Below, in pieces: positions 27,540 through 37,930 of a stretch of DNA of 39,965 nt. The translations under genes were made by a program, and so were the position numbers. Positions within the stretch are counted from its first letter, which is position 1. Each line of letters begins with the position of its first letter. The notes below the pieces were generated by a model, which was not told the origin of the DNA, did not search any database, and saw only the letters and a list, made by a program, of their open reading frames with translations. Origin of the DNA: an uncultured bacterium (GTDB taxonomy: Bacteria; Chlamydiota; Chlamydiia; Chlamydiales; SM23-39). The DNA is taken from contig CAZXLK010000004.1 in assembly GCA_964641775.1 (NCBI GenBank), positions 1-39,965 on the forward strand, given 5' to 3'.

Positions 27540-28739
27540 TTATAGCACTAAAGAGAGAAATTGTAAAATTTTATCGGCTGTAAATTGGATTTGGGCTTGG
27601 GTGTGAGCTGCCGATAAAAACCAAGCCTCCATCGAAGAGGGGGGAATATAGATCCCCTCCTTAAATAGAAACATAAATAACTCGTTAAACAATGCTCTTT
27701 CACAATGAATCGAAAACATCGATCCGGATTGGATTAATCTGATATTTGTCCCCTCAAGTGCTTTTCGGATAGGTTCTGTGAGTAAATTGGTCTTTCTTTC
27801 AAGCTCTTCATAAAACCCTTTTTTTTCTATCTCCTCTAAAGCAGCCAAGCCGGCTGCCACTGCGACAGGATTGCCGGAAAGGGTGCCTGCCTGATAAACC
27901 TCTCCAATCGGAGCCAATGCGTCGAGAATCTCCTTTTTCCCTCCCACAGCTGCAATGGGGAATCCCCCTCCCATAATTTTACCAAAGCAGGAAAGATCGG
28001 GATCGATTCTATAAAACCCTTGCGCTCCATGCAGCCCCACTCGAAACCCTGTAATCACCTCATCAAAAATCAAAAGAGCCCCTGCCCGCCTCGTTTCCTC
28101 TCGAAGCATTTCCAAAAATCCCCTCTCCGGCAAGATCACTCCTGCATTTGCAGCAACAGGTTCCAAGATCACACAAGCAACCTCTTTTGCCCTTGGATCA
28201 TTCCGGAAAAAATTTTGTACCCCTGCAAAATCATTAAAACCCAAACAGATCGTATCCTGGTTCATCACTCCTTTGGATTTGAGGAGGAGTGCATCGGAGT
28301 GGCCGTGATAATGATTTGCAAATTGGATGACTTTTTTCTTTTCAGTAAAACCTCTTGCAAGCCTAACTGCCGTCATTGCAGCTTCCGTTCCCGTTGAAAC
28401 AAGGCGGGATTTTTCAACGCTTGGAATCAGTTTTGTGAGAATTTCTGCCATCTTTATTTCGAGCTCAGTTGTAATTCCAAAAGAAGAGCCCATAGCCATT
28501 TGCCGTGTTGCAGCTTCTACAATTTTTGGATCGGTATGTCCTAAAATCAAAGAACCCCACCCCATGCAATAATCGATGTATTCATTGCTATCGACATCAC
28601 GGATGACAGCTCCTCTTCCCGATTGCACAATCATAGGAAAAGGCATCCCAACGCTTTTAAAAGCTCGCACCGGAGAATTAACTCCTCCCGGAATCAAATC
28701 ACAAGCTTTGGAAAAAATTTCTTTAGAATTGCTTCTCAT
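27540..28739 (-). CDS. hemL: Glutamate-1-semialdehyde 2,1-aminomutase
   Basis: IPGGVNSPVRAF, STGTEA, YHGHSD, FDEVITGFR, FGKIMGGGFP and YQAGTLSGNP motifs. Confidence 0.96.
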   Translation of the reverse strand: MRSNSKEIFSKACDLIPGGVNSPVRAFKSVGMPFPMIVQSGRGAVIRDVDSNEYIDYCMGWGSLILGHTDPKIVEAATRQMAMGSSFGITTELEIKMAEILTKLIPSVEKSRLVSTGTEAAMTAVRLARGFTEKKKVIQFANHYHGHSDALLLKSKGVMNQDTICLGFNDFAGVQNFFRNDPRAKEVACVILEPVAANAGVILPERGFLEMLREETRRAGALLIFDEVITGFRVGLHGAQGFYRIDPDLSCFGKIMGGGFPIAAVGGKKEILDALAPIGEVYQAGTLSGNPVAVAAGLAALEEIEKKGFYEELERKTNLLTEPIRKALEGTNIRLIQSGSMFSIHCERALFNELFMFLFKEGIYIPPSSMEAWFLSAAHTQAQIQFTADKILQFLSLVL

Positions 28740-28756
28740 GGCAGAATGAGGAAATT

Positions 28757-30514
28757 ATGTATCGAGTGCTTTTATTATTTCCAGCATTTTGCTTCAGCTT
28801 AAGCTATGAAGTGCATTTTGTTGGACTTAATGATGCTGCATGTTTAAAAGCAATCGAAGAATCATCAGAGCTCGTATCATTGCAAAAGCGCCCTCCGGCA
28901 TCCATCAACGGTCTTCGTTATCGGATGGCCTCCGATGCAAAAGAGCTGATCAACATTCTCCATGCCTTTGCCTACTATGACGCCGCAATTACCACCGATC
29001 TTGAAAAAATCGATGATCAAAATCAAAACTATAATGTCAATGTATTCATCAATAGCGGACCCCAATTTCCCCTCACAAAATATGAAGTATATCATGGAGA
29101 AGATTGCAAACAAATCGAAGGCTTCCCCAATTGCCATTATAGCCCCAAAGATCTTGGTTTAAATCTTGGAGAGCCTGCGCTATCGCTTACCATTGTCAAT
29201 GCAGAGCTAAATATTTTAACAGAGCTATCTCGCTGCGGCTATCCTCTTGCATCCATTGAAAAAAGACGAGTGATTGTCGATATGTCGGACACTGAGGTAG
29301 AGGCTGCAGCTTGCATCCAAGAAGGCCCCCTTTCCAAATTTGGTCCGGCAACCATTTTTGGCCTAAAAGGGATCAAGACCAATTTCTTACTCTCGAAAAT
29401 CGGATGGAAAGAAGGAGACATTTACAACTCTGATCTCGTCGAGAAAACGCAAGAAAGGCTTCTAAAAACAGAGCTTTTTTCCTCTGTCTATGTCTCTCAT
29501 GGCGATCACTTAGATGAAATCGGAGAGCTTCCCATGAAAATCCGCCTCACGGAAGCAAAGCACCAAAAAATTGGCGTCGGCGCGTTTTATGGCCCTGTCG
29601 ATGGTCCGGGCGTTACTTTTTCTTACCTCCATCGAAATATTGGCGGCAGGGGAGATATCTTAAGCGCAAGAGCAGATGTTTCTTGGGGACTTACTCTCGG
29701 AAATATCACCTACAAAATCCCCGATTTTCTAGCTTTTGATCAAACATACCGCGTCTTTGCAGAAGCATCGCGAGAAAATATCAAAGCCTATCATGCATTC
29801 ATCTATCGAGGCGGCAATTATTTTGATTATAAAATCGATGAAAAAACCAACTTTTCAGCAGGGGCAAAAGTAGAGCATATCAATGTGTCTCATGCAGCAA
29901 CAGACGGGACCTATTTGTTAGCGGGGCTGCCGCTTTTTATCCGCTATGACAATGCAGATAATTTTCTCGATCCCACAAAAGGATTTTCGATCGTTTACTC
30001 TGCAACTCCTTATCAATCCCTTTTCCACTCCAATGAGCATTTTGTCAAACAGCGCCTTACTTCAACTTTTTATATTCCCATCCGTACGCCAAGATTTGTT
30101 CTTGCGCTGAGAACCCAATTTGGCTCTATTGCAGGGACCGAAAGAGACAATGTCCCTTTAACCAAACTTTTTCTCGGCGGCTCGGAAGATGAGCTTCGAG
30201 GCTATCGCTACAAAACAGTAAGCCCCCTGAACCATCATCATAAGCCATTAGGCGGAAGATCTGCCATCTATGCAACTGCTGAAATCCGTTTGAAAATTAC
30301 AAAAGAGATCGGCCTTGTTCCATTTGCCGATTTTGGAACAGTTACGAATTCTCAGTGGCCCGATTTCACAGCTAAATGGTTCAAATCAGTTGGAGGAGGC
30401 TTTCGCTATTTCACCTTTTTTGGTCCTTTAAGGCTAGATATTGGCTTTCCTCTAAATAAGAGAAAGATCGATCATAACTTTGAAATCTATGGATCGATAG
30501 GGCAGGCATTTTAA
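28757..30514 (+). CDS. tamA: Omp85-family outer-membrane protein, TamA-like
   Basis: Signal peptide, POTRA-like region, FLGG...LRGY lid motif, GPLRLDIGFP and terminal IGQAF. Directly upstream of tamB. Confidence 0.85.
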   Translation: MYRVLLLFPAFCFSLSYEVHFVGLNDAACLKAIEESSELVSLQKRPPASINGLRYRMASDAKELINILHAFAYYDAAITTDLEKIDDQNQNYNVNVFINSGPQFPLTKYEVYHGEDCKQIEGFPNCHYSPKDLGLNLGEPALSLTIVNAELNILTELSRCGYPLASIEKRRVIVDMSDTEVEAAACIQEGPLSKFGPATIFGLKGIKTNFLLSKIGWKEGDIYNSDLVEKTQERLLKTELFSSVYVSHGDHLDEIGELPMKIRLTEAKHQKIGVGAFYGPVDGPGVTFSYLHRNIGGRGDILSARADVSWGLTLGNITYKIPDFLAFDQTYRVFAEASRENIKAYHAFIYRGGNYFDYKIDEKTNFSAGAKVEHINVSHAATDGTYLLAGLPLFIRYDNADNFLDPTKGFSIVYSATPYQSLFHSNEHFVKQRLTSTFYIPIRTPRFVLALRTQFGSIAGTERDNVPLTKLFLGGSEDELRGYRYKTVSPLNHHHKPLGGRSAIYATAEIRLKITKEIGLVPFADFGTVTNSQWPDFTAKWFKSVGGGFRYFTFFGPLRLDIGFPLNKRKIDHNFEIYGSIGQAF

Positions 30515-30527
30515 TGAGGATATCCGC

Positions 30528-33500
30528 ATGAAAAAATTCATAGCGATTTTAGTACTTGTGCTCTTTATCTTAGCAGGAGCAATTCTGATGCTCCTTCAAA
30601 CCGATTTTGCAAAAGAATATTCAGAAAAAATGATTAATGATGCAGTGCAAAAATCAGGCTATCAAGTGAGTTGGGATAAAATCGAAGGAAAATTCCCCTA
30701 TGCGATCGATCTCAAAAACCTATCCATAGAATCCGATGCATTTTCTCTCAAAGTTGATACAATAGAGACAAGACTCAACCTTTTAGGCCTCCTTAGAAAT
30801 CAGCTCCTTTTTTCCGATGTCAAAGGATCCGGTATTGTTTGGCAAGAAAAAGAAGGAGCAGCAACTTTTGGCAAAGGTGCGCCAATTTCTGTCAAAGTGG
30901 ATCATTTTTTATTTACAGACGTCCATGTAGATGAAATGGTGCTTAATCTTGAAGGCTCATTTCGCCTTGGGCAAAAAAACCGCTCGCTCTATCTCGATGT
31001 CACAGCTATTAGGCCGGAATTTCCCAATTCAAATGGCCACTTCATTGTCCATTTGGACAAAAATGGCCTCATCCAACTCAAAGGCTCTTTGCAGACGCCG
31101 ACATTAACTGTTTTGCCGGTAGAGATTCCCTTTGATGCCGCAGCAGACATTCGATTTGCAATGCGAGGAAAAAAAGAGCATCTCATTGGAAAACTCTTTG
31201 GCACCGTCACTCCAAAATCTTTAGAGCTAGGCCCACTCAATCCCTATCTCGAAAATGAATGGGATGTAAGCTCTCGCATTAGCTTCGATCATGAAGGGTG
31301 GAAACTCACCAATATCGCAGCAACTAGCGGTAAGAATTCATTGGGAGGTGATATTGAGCTTTTGCCCAAAGGAGATTTTCAATCTGCGCATCTAAAAATC
31401 AAATGGGATGATTTTTTTGCAAAAGCGGTCTTGATGCCCCAAGAAAATGGCACCGCAGTTGTTCTCGATGCAAACTTTGCCCAATATAAACTAATACATA
31501 ACATCAATGCCCATACAGAATTTCTCTATGCAAATCAAAGTCTATCAGGAAAAGGAAATGGGGACTTTTCCTTTCATGAAAAACCATGGAGGGCAAATGG
31601 CGATTTTTCTTGGGTCTTTTCAGGTCCCGTCGAGTTCACAAGATTACAAATCGAAGGATCCACAGTAGAGGCAAAGGGCCGTTTGGAAATCCGCCCCAAT
31701 CAAATCCTCGCAGGAGAAACGGAATTCACAATAGGCAATCTCCATGAGTTGAACGATGATATTTATGGAAGCGCTAACGGAAAAATCGATTGGCTTATTT
31801 CTCAAGGTAAGCAAGTTGTTACTGTCGATGCTGAGGCCACCGGTTTTTACTGGAAAGATCTTTTTGCAGAAAAACTTCTCATTGACACCTCTTTAATTGA
31901 CCCATTTGAAACGCCGCAAGGAAGAATCACTATCGATAGCTCCGATGTCAAATGGCATGAGCTTTTTTTGGATCGGATCCGATTTGAGACCCTTCTTTCG
32001 GGAGTTGAGTGGCCCTTTACAATTGGCGCTTTTGGCAAATGGTCCCATCCCCTTGTTCTAAATACTTCAGGACTTTGGAATTATAAAGATTCCACACTGA
32101 AAGTTACTTGCAACTCTGCAGAGGGAAGTTTTTACTACCATCCGATAACTCTGCAAAAACCCGCTAAATTTTCGTATGGCCCAGATCATTTCTTAGTTGA
32201 TGGGCTTGACCTCGCCGTTTCCAATGCAAGGGCAACATTTGATGCAAAAAGAGACTTCGATGATGCGGCAATATCCCTTGTATTAGAGCATTTTCCCCTC
32301 GATATGTTGTCTCTCAATCCACTCGATGTGAAAATCGAAGGGGAAATTGATTGCTCTTTAAGTCTTCAAGAAAAAAAAGGAAGTGTCACAGGAGAAATCC
32401 TAGCAAATGTGCAGCATGTGGAAGTAGCATCTCAAGAAGAAGAAATGCCCCAAAGCATCAAAGGCTCTTTGCAGGGTGATTTGAAAAACGAGCGGCTTAA
32501 TCTCACAGCAAGTATTTTACCGCTTGTTAAATTTGATCTTTCTCTTCCGGTTCAGATCTCTTTAATCTCGCCAAAATGGCATCTTCTTTTTGCTGAAGAT
32601 GTGAAAGGTAATCTGGAACTTAGAGGCAAAGTGGAGGAGATCCTTGACTTTTTCGATCTTGGGCCTCACCGCATTGAGGGCGATATTCTTTGCGAGCTGA
32701 GTCTAAAAAATACACTGCAAAATCCAAAGACTCATGGAAAATGTAGCTTAGAGAATGGATACTATGAAAATTACATTACAGGAACAAAACTTACCTCCAT
32801 GAAAGCATCGGCCAAAGCGGATCAAGACAAACTCATTTTGGAAACCTTAAGTGCAAAAGATAATGGAGGAAGTGTTGAGGCAACAGGAGAGATCCATTTA
32901 CTTGTACAAGATGCTTTACCCTATCATTTTGATATTACCATCACAGATTTCAAAGTGAGCCAAATCGATCTTGTTACGGCTGAGGCGAATGGAAAAGTGC
33001 GACTTGAGGGTGATTTATTGGGAGGGGTTGCAAAAGGCAATATCGACATTATCGAGAGCGATCTTCATATTCCAGAAAAGCTTCCTCGCAAATTTCCTAA
33101 TTTGACCGTAGTCTATCGCAATCCGACAAAACCTATGAAAGGATCCGAAATAGATGAAAAATTTCCCTATCCTTTAACTCTCGATCTATCGGTGAGAGCT
33201 CCTGAAAAAATTCTCATTGAGGGAAGAGGGCTAACATCGGAGTGGAAAGGGGATTTTCATCTTGGCGGCACATACACTTCAATTGCAGCACAAGGCAAAT
33301 TGGAGCTCATCAAAGGAGAATTTCAATTTTCAAATCGCCATTTCAAATTGACAGATGGAACCTTAAGCTTTAGCGGTAAAGAAAAAGAAATGCCCTACCT
33401 CAATTTAGGAGCCGAAATCACCATTAAAGATACGCTCATTTCTGCCCGAATCAAAGGCCCTTTGAATAATCCGCAGTTAACATTCCAATCAAATCCCCCT

Positions 33501-33893
33501 TTGCCGCTTAGCACCATCATGAGTTATCTTCTTTTTGGACAAGAGCTTGCTGAAATCAATAGCTTTCAAGCGCTGCAGCTTGCAAATTCACTCGCCTCCT
33601 TTGCGGGAGCAGGACCCGATGTTTTGGAAAAAACAAGAAAAGCTTTAGGGGTCGATCGGCTCAACATTGTCACCGTGCCCAGTGGAAAAGATGAGCTGGA
33701 AGAGACGATTGCGTTGCAAGTGGGAAAATATGTCGCAGAAGGGGTTTTGGTCTCGGTTACCCAAACTGCTGAAGATGCTTCGGCAGACATCAACATCGAA
33801 ATCGATGTTGGGGGCGGCTGGATCGTACAACTAGAGAGCGATCAGCGTCAAGAACAAGGAAAATTAACCGTCAAATGGACCCACAACATGTGA
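30528..33893 (+). CDS. tamB: Translocation/assembly module TamB (DUF490)
   Basis: N-terminal anchor, long beta-rich body, and C-terminal GRGLTSEW.G, SNPPLP..IMSYLLFG and VGKYV motifs. Confidence 0.88.
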   Translation: MKKFIAILVLVLFILAGAILMLLQTDFAKEYSEKMINDAVQKSGYQVSWDKIEGKFPYAIDLKNLSIESDAFSLKVDTIETRLNLLGLLRNQLLFSDVKGSGIVWQEKEGAATFGKGAPISVKVDHFLFTDVHVDEMVLNLEGSFRLGQKNRSLYLDVTAIRPEFPNSNGHFIVHLDKNGLIQLKGSLQTPTLTVLPVEIPFDAAADIRFAMRGKKEHLIGKLFGTVTPKSLELGPLNPYLENEWDVSSRISFDHEGWKLTNIAATSGKNSLGGDIELLPKGDFQSAHLKIKWDDFFAKAVLMPQENGTAVVLDANFAQYKLIHNINAHTEFLYANQSLSGKGNGDFSFHEKPWRANGDFSWVFSGPVEFTRLQIEGSTVEAKGRLEIRPNQILAGETEFTIGNLHELNDDIYGSANGKIDWLISQGKQVVTVDAEATGFYWKDLFAEKLLIDTSLIDPFETPQGRITIDSSDVKWHELFLDRIRFETLLSGVEWPFTIGAFGKWSHPLVLNTSGLWNYKDSTLKVTCNSAEGSFYYHPITLQKPAKFSYGPDHFLVDGLDLAVSNARATFDAKRDFDDAAISLVLEHFPLDMLSLNPLDVKIEGEIDCSLSLQEKKGSVTGEILANVQHVEVASQEEEMPQSIKGSLQGDLKNERLNLTASILPLVKFDLSLPVQISLISPKWHLLFAEDVKGNLELRGKVEEILDFFDLGPHRIEGDILCELSLKNTLQNPKTHGKCSLENGYYENYITGTKLTSMKASAKADQDKLILETLSAKDNGGSVEATGEIHLLVQDALPYHFDITITDFKVSQIDLVTAEANGKVRLEGDLLGGVAKGNIDIIESDLHIPEKLPRKFPNLTVVYRNPTKPMKGSEIDEKFPYPLTLDLSVRAPEKILIEGRGLTSEWKGDFHLGGTYTSIAAQGKLELIKGEFQFSNRHFKLTDGTLSFSGKEKEMPYLNLGAEITIKDTLISARIKGPLNNPQLTFQSNPPLPLSTIMSYLLFGQELAEINSFQALQLANSLASFAGAGPDVLEKTRKALGVDRLNIVTVPSGKDELEETIALQVGKYVAEGVLVSVTQTAEDASADINIEIDVGGGWIVQLESDQRQEQGKLTVKWTHNM

Positions 33894-33903
33894 GGGGGTA
33901 ACT

Positions 33904-35013
33904 ATGTCTTTGAATACATTACCTGCAGATCTGTACAATCAGGTGCTGCCTTACACCAATAGGGCAACTGTTGCAAGTCTAACGCAAATTTCCAGCAATA
34001 ACCACCTCTATTTTCAAGCGCATCAAGAAGAATTTTATATCTCTTCTACTCCCTTATTGCATTTGATTTCAGAACATTCCAATTTAGTTCCAAAATTTCG
34101 AAAAAATTATAAAGATCGACTTCCCATTTTAGATAGCTATGTCCAATTTGCAATCGATATTAGTAGCAAGCTCTCTGAATTGGTCTATGCAAAGAATCGA
34201 CATCAGTTTGGCTTTGCCGATCTATTCAAAAATTTCTACCAATTTGTAACCAATCATTCCGATCAAATTCAGCTTGTGGAGGGAAATCCGGATGTAACAA
34301 TAGAGGAATTGATCCTTAAAACGAATACAATCTCCGAAAAGGATCTTTTTCTTGCAGCTTGGCTTCTCGATGATAAGCCGCTAGCTACCTCTTTTCAGCC
34401 GCATGAAATGGATCCAAGGATCATCGATTTTGGCGCCTATTTTGCGCTTCGATCAGGTTGTGTAGAAAAATTTTCCCAAATGCTTCCATTTACTTCGATT
34501 TGCCAAAATAGTTTTTCTTTCCCTTTCAATCCCGGACAATATCCGATTTGGAGCTCGGAAGTTATTAATATTTTCTTAACTGGTGCAGTAGAAATCAATA
34601 GTAGGGATGTGTTTAAATCCTTGCTACGCATCGAACAACCCTATGCGATCAATACTGCTTTAATCTACCTAGCAAAAACTAATCAAAGAGAAGCAATAAC
34701 AATACTTTTGGCGCATACGGATCATACGATAACTACTACGCAATATTTAGTAACGAAAGGCTATGCAAATCTTCGGCTTCTCACCCATCCTCCTCAAATT
34801 TCCCAAGCCCTTAATCTTGCAATCTTACACAACTCGCTGGAAGCCTTCCAAGCTATTTTAGATGGAAGGCCGGGAAATGCGATCTCACAGGAAATCCTTG
34901 AGAATTTAAAAGAGCAAATCCAAACTGCCAATCATTTGGTAAACCTTTCCCGCCGCCATCTTTTCCTCTGGATCCTTGAGAATGAAATCGCCCAGAGATA
35001 TGGTCAGGCTTAG
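33904..35013 (+). CDS. Hypothetical protein, F-box-like N-terminus plus degenerate ankyrin-like repeats
   Basis: LNTLPADLYNQVLPY..ASLTQIS at the N-terminus. Repeats AVEINSRDVFKSLL, LAKTNQREAITILL and AILHNSLEAFQAIL. Confidence 0.6.
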   Translation: MSLNTLPADLYNQVLPYTNRATVASLTQISSNNHLYFQAHQEEFYISSTPLLHLISEHSNLVPKFRKNYKDRLPILDSYVQFAIDISSKLSELVYAKNRHQFGFADLFKNFYQFVTNHSDQIQLVEGNPDVTIEELILKTNTISEKDLFLAAWLLDDKPLATSFQPHEMDPRIIDFGAYFALRSGCVEKFSQMLPFTSICQNSFSFPFNPGQYPIWSSEVINIFLTGAVEINSRDVFKSLLRIEQPYAINTALIYLAKTNQREAITILLAHTDHTITTTQYLVTKGYANLRLLTHPPQISQALNLAILHNSLEAFQAILDGRPGNAISQEILENLKEQIQTANHLVNLSRRHLFLWILENEIAQRYGQA

Positions 35014-35360
35014 GCTCTTCTTCCGATAATCCTATCAGAAACTAGAGTGGTAACAGCTTGCATAAGCCCTTGGATTAATGCTTGGACGAGTGCTTGAGCT
35101 ACAAACTGAACTGCAATCGGAATTCCATAAGCCATATTATCTATGGTCTTGTCAAAAAAATCAGACGCCCGTTGGTCTTTGGTTTGGAACCATGCAACAA
35201 TGGCACTGATGGAAGCAGCTGCCAATCCAATAGCTAAAATGCCAAAAGCTACTGCAGATGCTGTCGTTGCTGTTGTCGATGCGGCTGCCATCGCGCATGC
35301 GGCGGTTGCCACTCCTAATGCTGTAACTGTCACTGGTGCTGCTACATGTACAAGTTTCAT
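35010..35360 (-). CDS. Small hydrophobic protein (Inc-like or membrane)
   Basis: AAGGAG SD. Long Ala-rich hydrophobic N-terminal hairpin and an amphipathic C-terminal helix. Confidence 0.7.
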   Translation of the reverse strand: MKLVHVAAPVTVTALGVATAACAMAAASTTATTASAVAFGILAIGLAAASISAIVAWFQTKDQRASDFFDKTIDNMAYGIPIAVQFVAQALVQALIQGLMQAVTTLVSDRIIGRRA

Positions 35361-35432
35361 AAATAATCTCCTTATTCCATCTAAAAGGGGGACATCTTAA
35401 CAAAAAAGCAAAAAAATGAGAACATCTTTTTT

Positions 35433-36473
35433 ATGAATTCCATCAGCTGGATAAAATCTTTTCCTCTTGATCTTTGGGACTTACTCCCCATCTATGATTT
35501 TGAAAACGATCCTATTACTCCTACGAGCCTCGCAGGCACTTCTAAAAAAATGTATGCATTCATAACTAAAAAATGGGAGCTTTACTTTTCAAACCTAGCT
35601 CAAAACCACTCATTTGTTCATCAATCCAAGTACTTCCGAAATGTCTCTCCCTACCAAAAATGTGTAGCCTTAGACCGGTATTTGAAAATTGGAACAAAAA
35701 TCCATGAAGTAAGAACCCTAGTCCCTCAAAATGCTTTCCAAACCATCAAAAAATTAAAAAATTTTTCGCAAGAAGATCGCTAAAGTCAAGAATCTCCAAA
35801 AGAAGCACTAGATAATAATGATCTATTTCTTGCTGCCCTTTTGCAAGATGATGATCTTTACTTGGAAACTTTTGATTTGCTTCAAATCCCGCAGCAAACA
35901 GCCGATTTTGCAGGCTATATCTGTCTCATTGATGGCAAAACCAATGCTCTCAAAAACCTCGCCCCTTTTATGACTCTTTCCAATCCCCCTAGAGCGATTC
36001 AATTCCTAAAGGAGGCAGTGAGGGAAAACCAAAGAGAAATCCTCCAATTTATCATTACTTCTGCAAGGCTTGATCCAAATTATGCCATCATGGTTCTCAT
36101 CGAAGAAAATTGTCCTTGGGCCATCCGAATCTTGTTGCAAAATTGCACCGTCGCCTTACATGCAAGGCAAGAGTGGGCCCCTATCGGTCTTTTTTCTGCA
36201 ATAAAAGAAGCAGCTTACCGCAATTTTAAAGAGTCTTTGCAGGCAATTTTTGAAGAACTTTCCGGCGATGCAATCCCACTAGAAATTTTAATCAATATTC
36301 GAAATCTCTTTACCAATTATTCTCCCGATTTTGCATTACAACATTATGATTGGGTCATGTTGAAAGACCACCCCGATAAAGAAGGAATGATCCAACTTTT
36401 TAATGAGCAAATCACCATCAGGCAGGATCCCATTGACAATTTTTTATTATCAGAGCTATCCTTTACCTCTTAA
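35433..36473 (+). pseudogene. Paralog of 33904-35013 interrupted by one in-frame TAA (35781-35783)
   Basis: Track ORFs 35433-35783 and 35841-36473 are in the same frame. The gap translates to SQESPKEALDNNDLFLAAL, matching DLFLAAWLLDD in the paralog. Confidence 0.75.
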
Positions 36474-36488
36474 AAAAATCCCTAAGGG

Positions 36489-36517
36489 TTGCAGGCAAAA
36501 TCCTTGGGAGCTATAGT
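36489..36517 (+). promoter_or_regulatory. Promoter TTGCAG-17-TATAGT for the three-gene cluster
   Basis: Canonical spacing, about 50 nt upstream of ATG 36568 (GGGAG SD). Confidence 0.6.
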
Positions 36518-36567
36518 GAAGGCGGGCGTAAGCCACTGGTATAAAATAATTTGAGGGAGTCAAAAAT

Positions 36568-37119
36568 ATGGAAATCACATTAGATGATCCAATAGGACCA
36601 ATAGAAGATGTAGTAGGAACCGATCCAGCTCTTGTCCAGATACCAAAAAGCAATCTGGAAGAAAGAGTGGAAGAAGTCTCGATGGCAACAATCGCGCATC
36701 TTGCAATGCAGAGAGAGGCTATAGGAAGTTTAAAACTCAAAAACTTAACCGCACAAGTCCAAAACCAGGTAAAGGCGATCGATCTTCTTTTGGATATGAG
36801 CCAAGAGCTCACCTCCTTGCCTGATGATGTAGAGGTGCATGAGCTTACAGACAAAATGAAAGAAATTCTGCAAAATCTAGAAGTGGGCCATGGGATCACT
36901 CTATTCAAAGAAGATGTGAAAATCACAAAAGAAAAGCTTGCTGAGTTTAAAGCCCAAATCGGTGCAAAAGTCGATAAGCTAAGAACTGAGCTGCAAACCA
37001 CAGTTAGCACAGAAATTCAGCCGGAAACGCAAAATTTGCAAAACATCATGAATATTGTGCAAAACATCTTCCAAAACTTTACAAGACTCGTTCGAAAAAC
37101 TTTGGAGCTTCCAAGATAA
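36568..37119 (+). CDS. Helical coiled-coil protein, candidate T3SS tip/filament-like (EspA/SseB/Bsp22-like shape)
   Basis: Hydrophilic 183 aa with an amphipathic C-terminal helix LQNIMNIVQNIFQNFTRLVRKTL. Confidence 0.55.
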   Translation: MEITLDDPIGPIEDVVGTDPALVQIPKSNLEERVEEVSMATIAHLAMQREAIGSLKLKNLTAQVQNQVKAIDLLLDMSQELTSLPDDVEVHELTDKMKEILQNLEVGHGITLFKEDVKITKEKLAEFKAQIGAKVDKLRTELQTTVSTEIQPETQNLQNIMNIVQNIFQNFTRLVRKTLELPR

Positions 37120-37120
37120 T

Positions 37121-37903
37121 ATGGCTGCTGTACGTTTAGATGATGTTCCTAATAACTACTTGCTTGCTCTCGTCAAAATGCATCAGGGGGTTGAGGGGGT
37201 AGTTTCCAAAGAAGTCCGAATCTTCAAGGTGGATAACAAGCGAAGTAATGATGCAATCCATAAGCTGGAAAAAGAAAAAGACGAAGCGCTTGAGAAAAAT
37301 GCAAAAGAAGTTGCTGCCAAAACCCATTGGACGGTTATGGGGACAATTTCCCAATATTTTTCTTCCGGTGCAATGGTAGCTGTTGGCCTTTCCCTTGGGC
37401 TTACCGGCTGGGGAACTCTTCTTCTGGCCTCCGGCATTTTTGGCCTTGGCAACCGCTTTGTCAAAGATACAGTCGGTTGGAGGGCAATTACTTCCTGGTT
37501 TAGCAAATCAGTAGAAACCCAAAAAAAATTAGCAGGCCGGATTGAATCCGGGCTTTGGTATGCCGAGATGGGAACAGGTCTTTGCGGAGGAGTTGGTGCT
37601 GCTCAGGCAGGCGCCTTTACAAGGATTCTTGCCAACCCTATGCTCGAACAAATTCGCAACATCGCGCAAGTCATCCAACTTTCCGGATCCGGAATACAAA
37701 TGACATCCCAGCTTGGAAAAACCGCATCAGAAAAAAGGATGAACGATCTTTATGCAACGATGCGCCGCTTGGACGCCTATTCGGAAAGAATTAGCATGGA
37801 TACAACCAGCGAAGTGACCAATCTTCGCAATATGATGGATACAGCTTCTTCCATCGGTGAAGACATCGAAAAAACAATTAGAGATGCTCAGATAGATATA
37901 TAA
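37121..37903 (+). CDS. Coiled-coil protein with two Gly/Ala-rich hydrophobic regions, candidate T3SS translocator
   Basis: ATG 1 nt after the upstream stop. Architecture is coil, GAMVAVGLSLGLTGWGTLLLASGIFGLG, GTGLCGGVGAAQAGAF, then coil. Confidence 0.6.
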   Translation: MAAVRLDDVPNNYLLALVKMHQGVEGVVSKEVRIFKVDNKRSNDAIHKLEKEKDEALEKNAKEVAAKTHWTVMGTISQYFSSGAMVAVGLSLGLTGWGTLLLASGIFGLGNRFVKDTVGWRAITSWFSKSVETQKKLAGRIESGLWYAEMGTGLCGGVGAAQAGAFTRILANPMLEQIRNIAQVIQLSGSGIQMTSQLGKTASEKRMNDLYATMRRLDAYSERISMDTTSEVTNLRNMMDTASSIGEDIEKTIRDAQIDI

Positions 37904-37930
37904 AATATTATGGCTAATCTAACTAACACC

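Noticed and set aside
36456-37010. 184-aa antisense ORF
   Set aside because: Shadow of 36568-37119, which has a promoter, SD and operon context.
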